Positions 1 to 11,671 of a stretch of 52,222 nt of DNA are shown here, one piece after another. This DNA is from Octopus bimaculoides. Its lineage: Eukaryota. The stretch lies in assembly GCF_001194135.2 (NCBI RefSeq), contig NC_068981.1, forward strand, positions 66,302,688 to 66,354,909, read 5' to 3'. The position numbers were made by a program, and so were the translations under genes. The first letter of the stretch is position 1. Each line of letters begins with the position of its first letter. The notes beneath the pieces were generated by a model that worked only from the letters and a program-made list of their open reading frames with translations, searched no databases and was not told the origin of the DNA.

Positions 1-25
1 TATATATATATATATATATATATAT

Positions 26-300
26 GGGAGAATGTACGAAAAAAAACAACAACAGACGAGGACAGGTGGTGTAAACAACAAATGGATGTATTAGTATGAC
101 GCTCGGAAATACGGAAAGTCTTTAACGTTTCGAGCTACGCTCTTCAACAGAAAGAATACGGAGAAAACAAGGAGAAAAACACGGAGAAAAAAAATTGAAT
201 GGTGTTTGGTCAACGTGTATCTGATGTACTAAATATAATTAAAATATTTGATGTGTCTAATTTGCTTATCCAGATAATTGCTTGTATGTGTGTGTGTGTT
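26..300 (-). mobile_element. Penelope-like element (PLE) terminal fragment, family 1
   Basis: Reverse complement closely matches 39639-39793 and carries the hammerhead-like motif at 119-155. PLE assignment is inferred from that motif; left end abuts (TA)n, right boundary approximate. Confidence 0.5.
119..155 (-). ncRNA. Minimal type I hammerhead-like motif, variant core
   Basis: Minus strand reads TCTTT-CTGTTGA-A-GAGC-gta-GCTC-GAA-ACGT-T-AAAGA: 5-bp stem I, 4-bp stem II, palindromic ACGT stem III, GUU triplet. Core is CUGUUGA, not CUGAUGA. Confidence 0.45.
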
Positions 301-379
301 TGTATGTGTGTATAAATACACGAAACGCACATCACTCCACTCAGTGTATGCACTAGGTTACTTATACACAAACACACAT

Positions 380-790
380 ACATGCTCCCATATGCGCACA
401 TAGACCTACATAATGTTAAGCTCTCCCACACGTACATTCACACGCGCGCGCCCTCATTCACGAATACACACTCCCACACACCATTCTTACATACACACAT
501 GCGCTTGCACACCCTTGTTCAGCCGGGTCACCCTTATTATCTCCCTTTCACTCAGCCTCTTTCTTCTGGGCATTTCATCATGTTGAACCATTAATCTGAA
601 CACATTTTCTTTCTTCTCCTTTTTTTTTTCGTTCTCTCTCCATTTTCTCATCTCAACCCTTTTTCTCGAAGAACGTAGGCTCCAAGCATCAAAGACTTTT
701 CTATTCTTCCTGAGCATCAAACTAATACACCTGCTTGTTGTTCCCTCACCTGTCTTCGTCTTCTGTTCTCCGTATATTTGAACTATATAT
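380..790 (+). mobile_element. Degenerate PLE-like terminal fragment related to family 1
   Basis: 661-790 resembles the motif and downstream tail of the 26-215 and 39667-39793 copies (gaagaacgtaggctccaagcatcaaagac...ctaatacac...cacctgtcttcgtc), with the ribozyme-like core eroded. Confidence 0.4.
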
Positions 791-1384
791 AGTGAAATTC
801 AACCAAGACTCAAAAGTGAGTTTATCTTTTACTATATGATATCCAGTACTGTTTGAATGATAATATCTATTTGTACAAGTCTAATCAGAATGCCAATTCT
901 AATGGCGGGAAAATAAGTACGAGTAAGATAACGAGTTGATTGAACAAACCCCAACATATTATTAGCAGCTACTTTATCGATCGTAAAGGGACGAAAGGTC
1001 AGTAGGCTTTTGACTAAGAACAGAGAAGGAAACTAAAATATGCAACGAAATTAATCCAAAGCGATATAGTTTTATCAACTAATCTATGCAATTTGCTGAT
1101 AATATCGCGCTCTGACATTAGCTCAAGACATCGGTTTTTTTTTAAGAAAGATATATTTGACTGTATTGACCCTTTTAAAGTTCATGTAGCAGTTACTTGT
1201 AAGCAAGTATAGCTTAGCGATATATACCGCAGTTCCGCTGGTTGTTTTAGATATTTACATAGTCGCGAGCAGACATTGACAGTCACTCGTTCCTCTAACT
1301 CTTGATCCAGTGAAACATACAAAATGTGAAAGCTAGAAGGATATGGGCTGCATTAGCATCAGGTTGTTGCTCATTACAGTTGAC

Positions 1385-1498
1385 TAAATCAACGTTAAAT
1401 CAACGTGAAGGACACAAGTGCTGCCCGCTCCAGAAATTGAACTTACAGTCTTATGATTTCAAGAAATGAATGCCTTAACCACTAGGCCACGCATCTTC
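1385..1498 (-). mobile_element. tRNA-derived SINE head (family C)
   Basis: Minus strand gaagatgcgtggcctagtggttaagg...gtaagttcaatttc has A-box-like and B-box-like motifs followed by ttgtgtcctt. Confidence 0.55.
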
Positions 1499-1646
1499 AA
1501 GGGTCTGACCCTATTACAGGCCAAATACTAAATGCATTTCGAACTCAGAACATATATTGACAAAACTAAATGATTTAATTTCTCTGTGATCAATAGCTAG
1601 CTCACGACAAAATTTAAGTAAGGTCCACCCTTGAACACGTCTCATA

Positions 1647-2407
1647 TATTGTGTTGAGTCGAAAGTTTTACAATATTTTGGTAACTCATTTACTGTATTC
1701 GTCAATTTACAACAAAAGCAGAAGTAGAGGTCATCGTATTGCACTGTCTGAAACCAGATTTTTACCAGTTCTTTTGTCTCGTGCTGATACCAGGAAGTAA
1801 GCTATGAATCGGGACAAGTAATAATCTGGTGGAGATATTTTTCCGCAATCCTAAGGCGCATAAGCAGTGGTTAAACAAAGGCCGGCTTCCGGATAAGGTG
1901 ATGTTAAGCATCAGGTGGAATTATGAAGGGATAATTCACTACGAGTTCGTTCTCGGCGGCCGAACCACTGATGTCAACCTGTACTCCGAACAGCTGGAGC
2001 GGATGTATACCACTGGGCGGCAAAAATACCCGGCATTGGTTAAACAGAAAGTGAACTCTACTGCAGCAAGACAATGCAAGGCTTCAAACCGCTCGAACGA
2101 CCTGAAATAAGCAGGAAGTTGAGGGAATCGAAGAGGTGCCACACCCACCATATATAGTCCGGACCTAGCTCCCCTCGGATTATTACTCGTTCCGATTCAT
2201 GGCTCACTTCCTGCAAGCTTCAGTGAAGGAGTTCTTCACCTCCGAAGGACAAGAACTGGTATCTGCGTGGGATCAAAGAACTGGCAGAAAGATGGCTTCA
2301 GACGGTGCAACACGATGGCCTCTACTTTGAATGCTAGGATGCTGTTGTTGTAACAATAAAGCAAAACAATTACCAAAATATTGCAAAACTCTTGACTCAA
2401 TACAATA
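1647..2407 (+). mobile_element. Internally deleted mariner transposon with both TIRs
   Basis: 38-bp TIRs at 1647-1684 and 2370-2407 (34/38 identical), TA at 1645-1646. Interior encodes KVMLSIRWNYEGIIHYE, LQQDNAR, a frameshifted YSPDLAPSDY and RGIKELAERWLQTVQHDGLYFE. Confidence 0.9.
1829..2337 (+). pseudogene. Mariner transposase catalytic-domain remnant with frameshifts and stops
   Basis: QDNAR Asp codon at 2070-2072; YSPDLAP-SDY near 2153-2183 with a 1-nt insertion; N-terminal DNA-binding region missing. Confidence 0.85.
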
Positions 2408-2446
2408 TTTGATATAACGTTTTTATTATTATTCATATTATATAAA

Positions 2447-2620
2447 AAGGTGGCTACCTAGCAAATTCGTTGGCACGCCGAGCAAAATGCTTCTTCTGTA
2501 CGCTCTGAGTTCAAATTCCGCCGATAAAATAAGTACCAGTTGAAATCCGAGGCTGATGTAATCGACTTACCCCTTCCCCGAAATTGCTGGCGCTGTGTCA
2601 AAATTTGAAACAATTATTAT
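2447..2620 (+). mobile_element. SINE family A, internally deleted
   Basis: Shares ggcacgccgagcaaaatgct, ctgagttcaaattccgccg and gataaaataagtaccagtt with the other family A copies in the window. Confidence 0.7.
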
Positions 2621-2679
2621 TCATATTATATGCAAACATTCTAGAATGATTACGGAGTGACAGCAAGCATTTCGGAGTG

Positions 2680-3070
2680 GCTGCTGCGAGATGATTTTAG
2701 GTGTATTTACTCCGTTTGTCTACAGCGAGAAAGTTTCTCTATAACAAAACTCAGTGAATGGCTTTCTTACTGGTTCGCTGTTTAGCGCTGACATCCCATA
2801 ATTTTTTTACGGTGAGTCGCCTATTAGCGCTACTAGTCATTGTACGATGACTGGAGTATCATAAGAGAGAAAATTTCTCTTACCAGCTCGCAATCATCCT
2901 GTCCGGTTTCTGTGTCTAAAGAGGAGATAACCACTCCGAAACGCTTACATCTCACTGTCTGGGTAGGTGGCGCTGCGAGCTGATTTTGGTGTATTAACAC
3001 CATTTGTCAACAGCGAGAAATTTTCTCCATGGCAAAACACAGTGAATGATATTCTTACGGATTCGAACGT
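2680..3070. repeat. Three ~144-bp modules, each with a GAGAAA-N-TTTCTC palindrome
   Basis: Palindromes at 2727-2739, 2867-2879 and 3015-3027; modules 1 and 3 align over about 95 bp. Confidence 0.55.
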
Positions 3071-3744
3071 GTCCTAAGCATATTAGAAGTGGTAATAACC
3101 TTGCATTCTAGAACGTATCCAAACGAAGCCACCGCCCTACGCACTGGCTGGCAAAGATTCTCCTGACCCCCAATACAGGCCCGCATAACTGCTGTTACCT
3201 TTGTCTTTCTTTTCCATAGATACTACAGTGGTCTCTTCTGAATTACCAAGCTACATACTACTTCCACTCAAGCGCACCCTATACTCTAATCTCTTCTCAT
3301 ATCAGGTTTCTGTCTCTCGTCCCAATCTCAGCTCGCGATCATCTCACCCCAGAGTTGTAACCCTCTGGATTTCAATTCCTAACTACTTTAGTTCCAGCAT
3401 CAACTATTGAAATCAGATATGTTGTTTTTTTTATCCACCACCGACTAAAAATCTTCGACCCTCCACTGTTTTCTGTCAATTCTCTGATTCAATATGATTG
3501 ATAAATATGAAAAGAAATCACTTAGCGAATATCTGGTTGTTAAGTGATTTTATAAATCACAGAAAGGGGGAGAAAGAATAGAGCTTCACACGTCAACATT
3601 TTGTATGTGTTCAAGTTGAGTATATTCGAATGTATTGATTATTGTTAGAAAGCTTCCTTATTGAGTAAAGTGCATCTGTTGTGTTGCTATGGAAACAGGA
3701 CTAATATTCATTAAAAACATGTCATGCATTCTGTGTTAATTATT

Positions 3745-3791
3745 TTTGTTGCTGTTATTGATGTTGTTGTTGTTGTTGTCGTTGTTGTTGC

Positions 3792-3828
<37 letters not shown>

Positions 3829-4107
3829 CTTCTTCTTCTTCTTCTTCTTCTTCTTCTTCTTCTTCTTCTTCTTCTGTGGGCATTCTAAACTCTGGTATGG
3901 TTGTCATCATCATCATCATCAGCAGCAGCAGCAGCAGCAGTATCGTCATTATCATNNNNNNNNNNNNNNNNNNNNNNNNNNNNNNNNNNNNNNNNNNNNN
4001 NNNNNNNNNNNNNNNNNNNNNNNNNNNNNNNNNNNNNNNNNNNNNNNNNNNNNCACCACCACCACCACATTTATCACCGTCATCATCATCATCATCATCA
4101 TCATCTT
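3745..4107. repeat. Compound trinucleotide microsatellite (GTT, CTT, CAT, CAG, CAC) around gap 3956-4053
   Basis: Directly visible. Confidence 0.95.
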
Positions 4108-5548
4108 TTTAACGGTTTCATGCGCATGCCTTTAATTGCGTACCTCCACGATGTTCCTGGGGATATGTGCAGCATTGTCTTTAGGGAGCGCGTGTTAGTG
4201 TTTTCTTGTTCTCTGCTGTTGTTTTAGTGTTTCGTTTGTTTGGTACGTTAAAATTAGTGCAATGTGAGCTGCGTGGCGACAGTATTTCGTATGCATTTCG
4301 TGTTAAATGCTATATTGGCGATTTGGTGATAATACAGACTGCATACTGTGTGGGTTGTGCAATAGTATCGGGCTGCAGTGATGTAGAATATGAATAGTGC
4401 GAGTTGTTGGTAATGCGTGGGATGTGTTATATTATCGAATGACTATAATTAGAGTATGGTTAATGTTTATTTTATTGTCATTGAGAAGAGTATGTGTTGT
4501 ACGAGTTTTGCAGAAAGTCTACAGAAGGAATTAAAAGTGTCTCTCATAGAATATGAATTGCATCTAGCTATGTGGTTTGGTTGTCATCATCACTATCATC
4601 ATCACCGTTATCATCATTGATATTATCGTTACCACTGTTGTCGTCGTCATCATCATCATCATCATTGTCATTGCCAATTATCGTCATTCCTTGTCGCCAA
4701 AAGTTTAATCTTGCGTCTCTCCGAAAGTCTGTAATGAATTGTTATTTGATGCTTAGAGTTTTGTTAGTTTTGTTGATGCGACCACGAAGAGAGAAAGTCA
4801 GTTATTCTATTTCGGGGATCTTATTAGTTATAAAGTTATTATTAACAACCATTCTTAAATAACAATTTCACAAAATACATTGTGTGAAGAGCAAGAAGGG
4901 CTGATTCGTAATTGCTAGTGATAGATTTTGCCTTTTGTTCGAAGTTTACGAAGAAGAGATGTACACAGGCGGTACAACCACTGCCACCATAGTTCGTGAT
5001 AATGGTAACAACAGCAAGAACAATAACAACAACAAAATCAATAACAGCAGCACCACTTTTGGTTCCGCTGTCCACCACATGAACCAAAGACAAAGCCTCT
5101 ACGTAGCCATACGACTTGTAGGAATAGTAACCAACTCAAATCACACCCTACCTTCTTAGAAAAGACACATCGGTGATGTTAGTTTCCTTATACATAGAAA
5201 AAACAGCATGAAAAAGCATAAATGGAATTCCTTTTATCATAGGTCGGCTCATTCCGTGTATACATGATGTGGCACCATCCAGCCAAGTACCTTCTAGTCA
5301 CAGCAGACACCGAGATAACATAGCGTCTCACTACTGCTGACATTGCAACTATAACATTGTCAACAGCAGCAGCAATAGAAGCAGTAGCAACGATTGTAGC
5401 AACGACCGCATGTACAGTAGCAACTTCGTGAAGGACTGGCCGCACCAACACCAACACCAACCAAAAAGATATCGGTTGGCCGTTTCTCCAAAAACAAATT
5501 AGAGAGGCACGAACAACATTAACAAAGGCACATACAGATGAACATCAT

Positions 5549-5611
5549 CTCCGACTGCTCTCTTCCGACTGCTCTCCTCCGACTGCTCTCCTCCGACTGC
5601 TCTCCTCCGAC
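5549..5611. repeat. 14-bp tandem repeat, about 4.5 copies (CTCCGACTGCTCTC)
   Basis: Units start at 5549, 5563 (one mismatch), 5577, 5591, with a partial unit at 5605. Confidence 0.95.
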
Positions 5612-6377
5612 ACTTCGTCAAAAGACGGAGACAAAAGACCGTGACAAAAATCGTGACCGGAGCTATGATTCCCATATGACGTGAGATATTTTTCCTGCAA
5701 AAGAACAAGCAAACAATTTTTGGAAAAGCCTTATAAGGACCTTTTCCCATGAAGAAGCGTAGACAACCCTTTCTTTGAGCGCAAAGTAACGAATTTCTAT
5801 CGCTTTCTAAACCACAAAAGAGTAACTCTGAAAAACAAAGGCAACTCTGTAAAATATCCTGGATAATTCAATAGTTTATATAAGATTCTTGAATTATATA
5901 AATATAAATACTGTACGGAAACTCAAAGCTCCTTGCGTTCCCTCTAGCCAGCTGGATTATTGTTACTGAGAGTGATAAACTGAGAATACTTGGCACTTAT
6001 TTGAGAACCAATCCTATCACTGATTTTTTTTTCTTTTTTTTTTATCCCTTTATTGAAGCGTTTCTCGAAGCTCCGGTGTTTTAAAATTTGATCCCAGAAA
6101 TCCCAGAGTTAGAAACAGATACTGCTCTACCAGTTCCAATAATCTATTGCTCTGGACTGGTATTCTATTTGTTGGCTCAGAAATGGTAAATGACTAAGTT
6201 GGCACCAGCGGGTTTTCAACCCAGACCTGAGAGAGAGAAGGAAAAAAACCGCATGGTCTTCTGACACTGTTCTGCCAATTTGTTGATTCATATATATAAA
6301 TCATAGAATATATAAATATGAATATATATAACATATAAACAAATACATAGATAGAAAGATACATATACACACGCACA

Positions 6378-6380
<3 letters not shown>

Positions 6381-6409
<29 letters not shown>

Positions 6410-6456
6410 NNNNNNNNNNNNNNNNNNNNNNNNNNNNNNNNNNNNNNNNNNNNNNN

Positions 6457-6519
<63 letters not shown>
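6381..6519. repeat. (TA)n and (GATA)n microsatellites around gap 6410-6456
   Basis: Directly visible. Confidence 0.95.
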
Positions 6520-6969
6520 CTTTATCGTACAATCACGAAAAGTTACGCAAGAAGACCAAATAGAACCCCCACAAAATTTTATCTGCCGCTGAAACACGCC
6601 TCCACTTTCCTAAGCCATTCAGTTGATTGTGATCTATGTAAACAAACTCTCCAGCGATATCTCTCTCAATATCTCGCCTCGTATATTTTCAGGAAATGCA
6701 ATGCCCGAATCACCATCGCTCTTTAGAAGAGATGAAAAGAACAAGAGTGCTTAGCAACAGCTGCATGTTTTGCCAATCAATGTCATACAGTCAGAGTCAC
6801 ACTGCTACTCAGGCAAAATATTACTCCCTGCTAAATTATATTCCTCTAGGGTTATCCCTCCTCACCAAACAATATTTTATTCTCGGTGAAAGTTTTGATG
6901 AAAAATATACTTTTCTTGTACGCTATTATGTATTACTCCCTCATTGAAAATGAAATTTTAATATCTTGA

Positions 6970-7170
6970 AAATTAGCACGCCGTGCGAAATGCTAAGCGG
7001 TATTTCGTCTGTTTGTCTTTACATTCTGAGTTCAAATTCCGCCCCGGTTGACTATGCCGTTTAATTTTTGGAGTCGATAAAAAAGTATCAGTTGATCACT
7101 GGTGTCGATTTAATCAGCTTAACTCCTCCTCCAAAACTGCTGGCCTTGTGCCAAAACTTCAAACAATATT
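6970..7170 (+). mobile_element. SINE family A
   Basis: ttagcacgccgtgcgaaatgctaagcggtatttcgtc...ctgagttcaaattccgcc...ggccttgtgccaaaa. Confidence 0.75.
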
Positions 7171-7359
7171 TATTATCAAATATGTTATTTATATTTATAA
7201 AATGCATATTTATGAAAGGTCCCAGTCCTGCTTTGACGATAGAAAAAAAAAAGAATAGAGAGAGACAAAAACTTAGAAGAGGCGCTTACGAAAGATTTTG
7301 TAACCAATGCACTCGAATCGAGATTGGCTATCGACCAATTCTTTCATCAACGCAAAGCA

Positions 7360-8230
7360 GGAGCACTGCTTAGGCAAAGCCAAAGCGCGTCCTCTAAGAA
7401 ATAAGGAGACGAAAGCCGTTCGATGAGCTGAAACGATAAATCGCATTATGGCAACAATGCCCTAATCCAATCCTTGACGGACCGTAATGGAATGTGTTGC
7501 TCAACCCAAAGTAGATGTATGTGGATTTTTAGCCACACGTCAGTCGATTGTTCGGGGAAAATGGCGGCCCGGAACGCAGAATGAATTTAAGTGCCTACCT
7601 CGGTGACTGTCGTGATCTTTGGAAAGAGAGGTGGAGTGTTGCGAAAAGCCCATAAGTCGCAGCAAAGAGGACAAATCGCCGAGTTTGGATGGTCCGCTCT
7701 ACGAGATGTACTTTTTATATGTCAGCTTTGTTTAGTGATTCTTTGGCAGATATTTGTTACAGCTGACAGCAGAACGGGAGTACTCTTAGTTCTGTTAGCA
7801 GAGCAGTGGTAGAACTTCTGAGAAAGCTGCTACTGCTGCGATACAAACAAAGGGTATCATTTTGATGATTTTTGACCCATGACTCTGTTAAAAGTAGATT
7901 TCAAAATTTTTGCCAAGAAGTCAATGCTTGTCTCCAATGGCTAGTCCGTTCCGGAAGACTTTCGGAACAGGGATTATTTCCAGAAATCCATGATTTGGCA
8001 GTACTACAGGAGATTATTTCTGGTTAGAGACAAACTTTATGAACATGGATGTACCATCATCTGTGCCTATCCGAGATGTATACAGAGCGACGAAACTGTT
8101 CGGCGTGCTTTTGCCCTGTGTCTGAGTACCGTTATCTTACATGTTCATTTTGATCAGCTTCTGTCACTGTAGAACAGATCTGGCTACTAGCTGAGTCCAT
8201 TGTGAAATGTTAGAGAAAGAAGCTTATCTG
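7360..8230 (+). mobile_element. Heavily deleted L1/Tx1-like ORF2 remnant
   Basis: TLLKVDFKIFAKK at about 7881-7920 resembles the L1 RT motif LLNxDxKIxxK. 7980-8125 encodes VRDKLYEHG...CAYPRCIQSDETVRRAF, a decayed C-terminal Cys-rich (zf-RVT-like) motif. Confidence 0.65.
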
Positions 8231-8365
8231 TTTCTTGCAATACATACATTTAAGTCAAAACTTTTCATAGACCTTTAAAATATTTCTGTGGATCCCAAAT
8301 TTCTTATTTTGCAAGCGTGGACTCCCAAAAATCTTATATGGATCCTCAGGGGTCATATAGAACCC
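8230..8365. repeat. Fragment of the MITE-like element at 9466-9944, in inverted orientation
   Basis: Near-identical reverse complement of 9621-9758. Confidence 0.8.
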
Positions 8366-8851
8366 GAGGGGTCTTCTTATGGACTAGAAAGAAAGGCTGT
8401 TTTATCTGTCTGTGTCTTTAATGAAAGAAGTTACATGGTGGACTAGGCTGAAACGGCTGAAGACAGACACCGTCCTCTTAGGCCAAAGCTTTGGACACGA
8501 AAAGTGTGGTGGAGCAAGACAGGACATGCTGCATTCTAGCATATTTGTTGAATGATCGCTAAGAGTTGCAAGGTTGGTCTAAGTGCTCAGGCCTGCTCAG
8601 ATTAAAAGAGGAAAGTGGGAAGAAGGTACTTGTTCTAGAGCTCAGAGTGACTGTGGTATTATGGGGTTTCCACGAATAACCCTCAGAAGTTTTTCCCCTT
8701 TTGGGGAAATATTTCTTGTTTGAATTTTTGTTTCTTAGCTTTTGTCATTTTACTGTTTATATACCTTCATGTATCCCCCATCATATCACATCCTATTGCA
8801 TTGTATCGTCTTCGACCTTCTTTTAAACATTTAGTGGTTAATAAAGAAAAC

Positions 8852-8889
<38 letters not shown>

Positions 8890-8890
<1 letters not shown>

Positions 8891-9102
8891 AGGTAGTGAA
8901 CTGATAGAATCGTTAGCACACTGGACAAAATGCTTAGTGGTGTTTTGCCCGTCGCTACGTTCTGAGTTCAAATTTTGCCGTGGCCGACTTTGCCTTTCAT
9001 CCATCGGGATCGATAAAATAAGTACCGGTGAAACACTGGGGTCGATGAAATAGACTAGTTCTGTCACGACAAATTTCAGGCCTTGTGCCTATAGTAGAAA
9101 GG

Positions 9103-9144
<42 letters not shown>

Positions 9145-9365
9145 ATAAGGCGGCGAACTGGTAGAATTGTTAATGCACCGGGTAAAAATGTCAAGCGGTA
9201 TTTCTTCCGACTGATTACGTTCTGAGTTGAAATTCTCGCGAGGTCCATTTTCCTTTCCATCCCTTCGAGGTCGATAAAATGAATATCGGCCATGACTGGG
9301 ATCGATGGTATCGACTAACTTCTCCCTTCAGAATTACTGGCCTTGCGCTAAAAGCTTGAAATAAT
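8890..9365 (+). mobile_element. Two head-to-tail SINE family A copies separated by (TTA)n
   Basis: Copies at about 8890-9105 and 9146-9365, each starting aaggc/tgg...gaactg..agaat and preceded by (TTA)n. Confidence 0.8.
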
Positions 9366-9465
9366 TACGATTAAGAATAGTTTTATGACAAACAAATACA
9401 TGAATTATTACCGACTTTTCACTAGAAGCATTTGTCTTGAAACACAGAATGAAATGCTATGACAT

Positions 9466-9944
9466 TAGTAACTTCTCAAGGGAGCCAGTGCGATGAGAGG
9501 TTTGCACGCAGAAAAATAAGTCAGTCACGAACTCGGCTTACAATGAACATAACGTTCTTCTGAATCACATACTTATGAGCTACTTGAAATATGAATTTAT
9601 TTTAAGTAAACACAAATTTTGGGTTCATATGACCCCTGAGGGTCCATATAAGATTTTGGGGGTCCACGCTAGCAAAATAGAAAATTTGGGATCCACAGTA
9701 ATATATCTTAAAGGTCTATGAAAAGTTTTGATTTAAATGTATGTATTGCAAGAAACAACTAGGTTTCTTTTTCAACCATTTTACATATTTGAATCTATAC
9801 AAGTGAATGTGTGAATAACAAAATAGGTATCTTGAAAGAAGTATCTATAAAATTAGATTTCAAACATTGAATGGCTATGGGAGTCCACCAGAATAAAATA
9901 GTAATTGAAAGAATCCATACGCAAAAAATGATTGAGAACAACTG
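9466..9944. mobile_element. Putative hAT/Charlie-type MITE
   Basis: Right end ttgagaacaactg resembles the Charlie-type TIR CAGTGGTTCTCAA; left end tagtaacttctcaa is degenerate; no TSD recognised. Confidence 0.4.
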
Positions 9945-10234
9945 GTATAAATAAATTAGGAATTTGTAATGCTTATAACGTTCTTGGAGAACAAGCGCGG
10001 TGTAAATGACAAGTTTCTGATCAAGGGATATCTCGATATCATAAGTTGCTGCTAATCATTACAGTCAGCCTCAACTCGCAAGCAATTTATCTTTCACTTC
10101 ATATCACTCACCAGAACTGAAGTCAATGGTACAAAACACTAAGATCAATGCGCAACACTTGTTTCCGGACAGGATCCTCTCACACTTATATAATTTAATG
10201 CTGTTCTACCTGTATTTCACATCTTTTATCTTTT

Positions 10235-10740
10235 ATTTATTTTAGTCATTAGACTGTGGTCATGATGGGACACCGCCTTGAAGAATTTTTAGTCGAACGA
10301 ATCGAAATATTTTTTTCAGGCCTGATACTTATTCGGGGTCGATAAAATAAGTATTGGCCATGTATTAGGATCACTGATATTGACTAACCTCCCCTTCAGG
10401 ATTACTGGTCTTGTGCTAAAAACTTGATAGCATTACTATTAAGAATAGTTTTATGACAAACAAATGCATGAATTATTACTGACTTTTCACTTGCCTAACC
10501 GCTAAGCTACAGGGGCGTAAATACACCAATACCAGTTGTCAAGGGGTGGTGGTGGGCAAACACAAACACAAAGACGCACACACACATATACGGCCGGATT
10601 CTTTCAGTTTCCGTTTGCCATATCCACTCATAAGGCTTTGGTCGGCTAAAGGCTACAGTAGAAGATACTCTCCCAAGCTCCCAAGAAACCAATGAGTGGG
10701 ACTGAACTCGGAATCATGTGGTTGGGAAGCAAACTGCATA
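10235..10740 (-). mobile_element. Composite SINE family B (tRNA-like head, central microsatellite, conserved tail), interrupted by a family A tail
   Basis: Head region 10595-10740, tail pieces 10235-10330 and 10495-10570; homologous to 39385-39999. Confidence 0.7.
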
Positions 10741-11293
10741 TTCACATAATTCATTTATTGAAGAGAAAGCGGAAGAAATAGAACGATTGGGTCAAAATTT
10801 TTAGGAGTGTTTAAGAGTCTTTAGAAACAGAAGGCCAGCAAAAGAATGAGAGTTATGCAATGTGATGAGTTATGTCGATATCTACGAGTTTCATGAACCA
10901 GAGATTGCTTCAGACAAGAACGAAAGAAGAAAACAGCTCTATGTTTCTCACCGTCTCCGCCACCGCCACCGCCACCGCCGCCGTCGTTGTTGCTGTTGTT
11001 GGTGGTGTTGTTGTTGTTACGGTGTTATATCAGAAACAAAAGAGAAACAGAAAAAATGTCTTGCAGTATTCAGCTTTGTTGTTCTGCATTGAGAGTTCCA
11101 ATTCCGTTTGGGTCGACTTTAACTTTTATTTCCAGGGACGGTAAAATAACTACCAGTTAAGTCCTGTCGTCGATATAATCCACTGTATTTTTCCGCCAAA
11201 ATGTGCCAATGATAGAAATCCTTGCTTTTGTCATTATATTCAATTTCACTTCCGACGTGGTATTTATATATATAAAGTACTACCATTTTAACC

Positions 11294-11379
<86 letters not shown>

Positions 11380-11409
11380 AGTCAAGGGTCACTTTTACGT
11401 AGAGAATTT

Positions 11410-11591
11410 CTTTTCTACTCTAGGCACAAGGCCCGAAATTTTGGGGGAGGGGGCCGTACTGGTATGCAACTGGTACTTAATTTATCAACTCCGGAAGGAT
11501 GAAAGACAAAGTCGACCTCGGCGGAATTTGAACTCAGAACGTAGACAAACGAAATACCGCTAAGCATTTCGCCCGGCGTGCTAACGTTTCT
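11410..11591 (-). mobile_element. 3' part of a SINE family A copy split by insertions; its head is at 13409-13438
   Basis: Minus strand begins agaaacgttagcacgccgggcgaaatgcttagcgg and ends gggccttgtgcctagagtagaaaag. Confidence 0.85.
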
Positions 11592-11671
11592 AATTTTTTT
11601 ATTATCCACGACTGGACGAACATAGAGGGGACAACACACAATATGTGGGGACATACAAACAAGGAAAAAAA

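Noticed and set aside
3220-3305. Possible exon DTTVVSSELPSYILLPLKRTLYSNLFSYQ
   Set aside because: Good acceptor but weak donor (GTTTCT) and no recognisable homology.
4110-4560. Possible LINE 3' end on the minus strand ending in (GAT)n
   Set aside because: No protein motif recovered and no second copy in the window.
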